This document shows positions 63,875-64,000 of a stretch of 64,000 nt of DNA, piece by piece. The notes beneath the pieces are model-generated. The model was not told the DNA's origin, did not search any database, and saw only the letters and a program-made list of their open reading frames with translations. The DNA comes from Oculina patagonica. Taxonomy: Eukaryota. Position numbers and translations under genes: made by a program. Each line of letters opens with the position of its first letter. Within the stretch, counting starts at the first letter, position 1. The DNA lies in the NCBI RefSeq assembly GCF_052425735.1, contig NC_135761.1, forward strand, positions 46,066,001 to 46,130,000. The letters are read 5' to 3'.

Positions 63875-64000
63875 AAGTCGATTTCAGTTAAAACGCTGGC
63901 TTGCGCCATGAAAACAAATTTAAGTTCAAAGGCGCGTGCGCGATAAGAGCACGTGACAACCTAAAGATATAAAGAAAAGTATTCAACCCAGACTGCTAGT

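Overview
Eukaryotic, intron-rich animal DNA, most likely a stony coral or other anthozoan (inferred from gene content and repeat style, not proven). I spliced the genes by hand using GT-AG boundaries and frame continuity. In order: the first exon of an unidentified gene (- strand) head-to-head with a 12-exon RFWD3 RING/WD40 E3 ligase (+); a 6-exon SLC37A4-like glucose-6-phosphate exchanger (-); a class A GPCR with prostanoid-receptor-like features (+); a 5-exon, 177-aa orphan type I membrane protein largely missed by the ORF track (+); a 6-exon short interrupted collagen with a Cys-rich C-terminal module (-); about 14.5 kb with no gene I could find; a 4-exon Emc/Id-like HLH gene (+); and the 3' part of NSFL1C/p47 (-), whose last intron is U12-type. 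Introns and intergenic DNA are full of MITEs, SINEs and LINE fragments. The most striking non-genic signals are a perfect 211-bp foldback in an SLC37A4 intron that carries a minimal hammerhead ribozyme on each strand, a set of hairpin transposon insertions (27 to 803 bp) sharing 9-bp target duplications, and a CpG-decay contrast between copies of one SINE that suggests gene-body methylation. No CRISPR, rRNA or true tRNA was seen.
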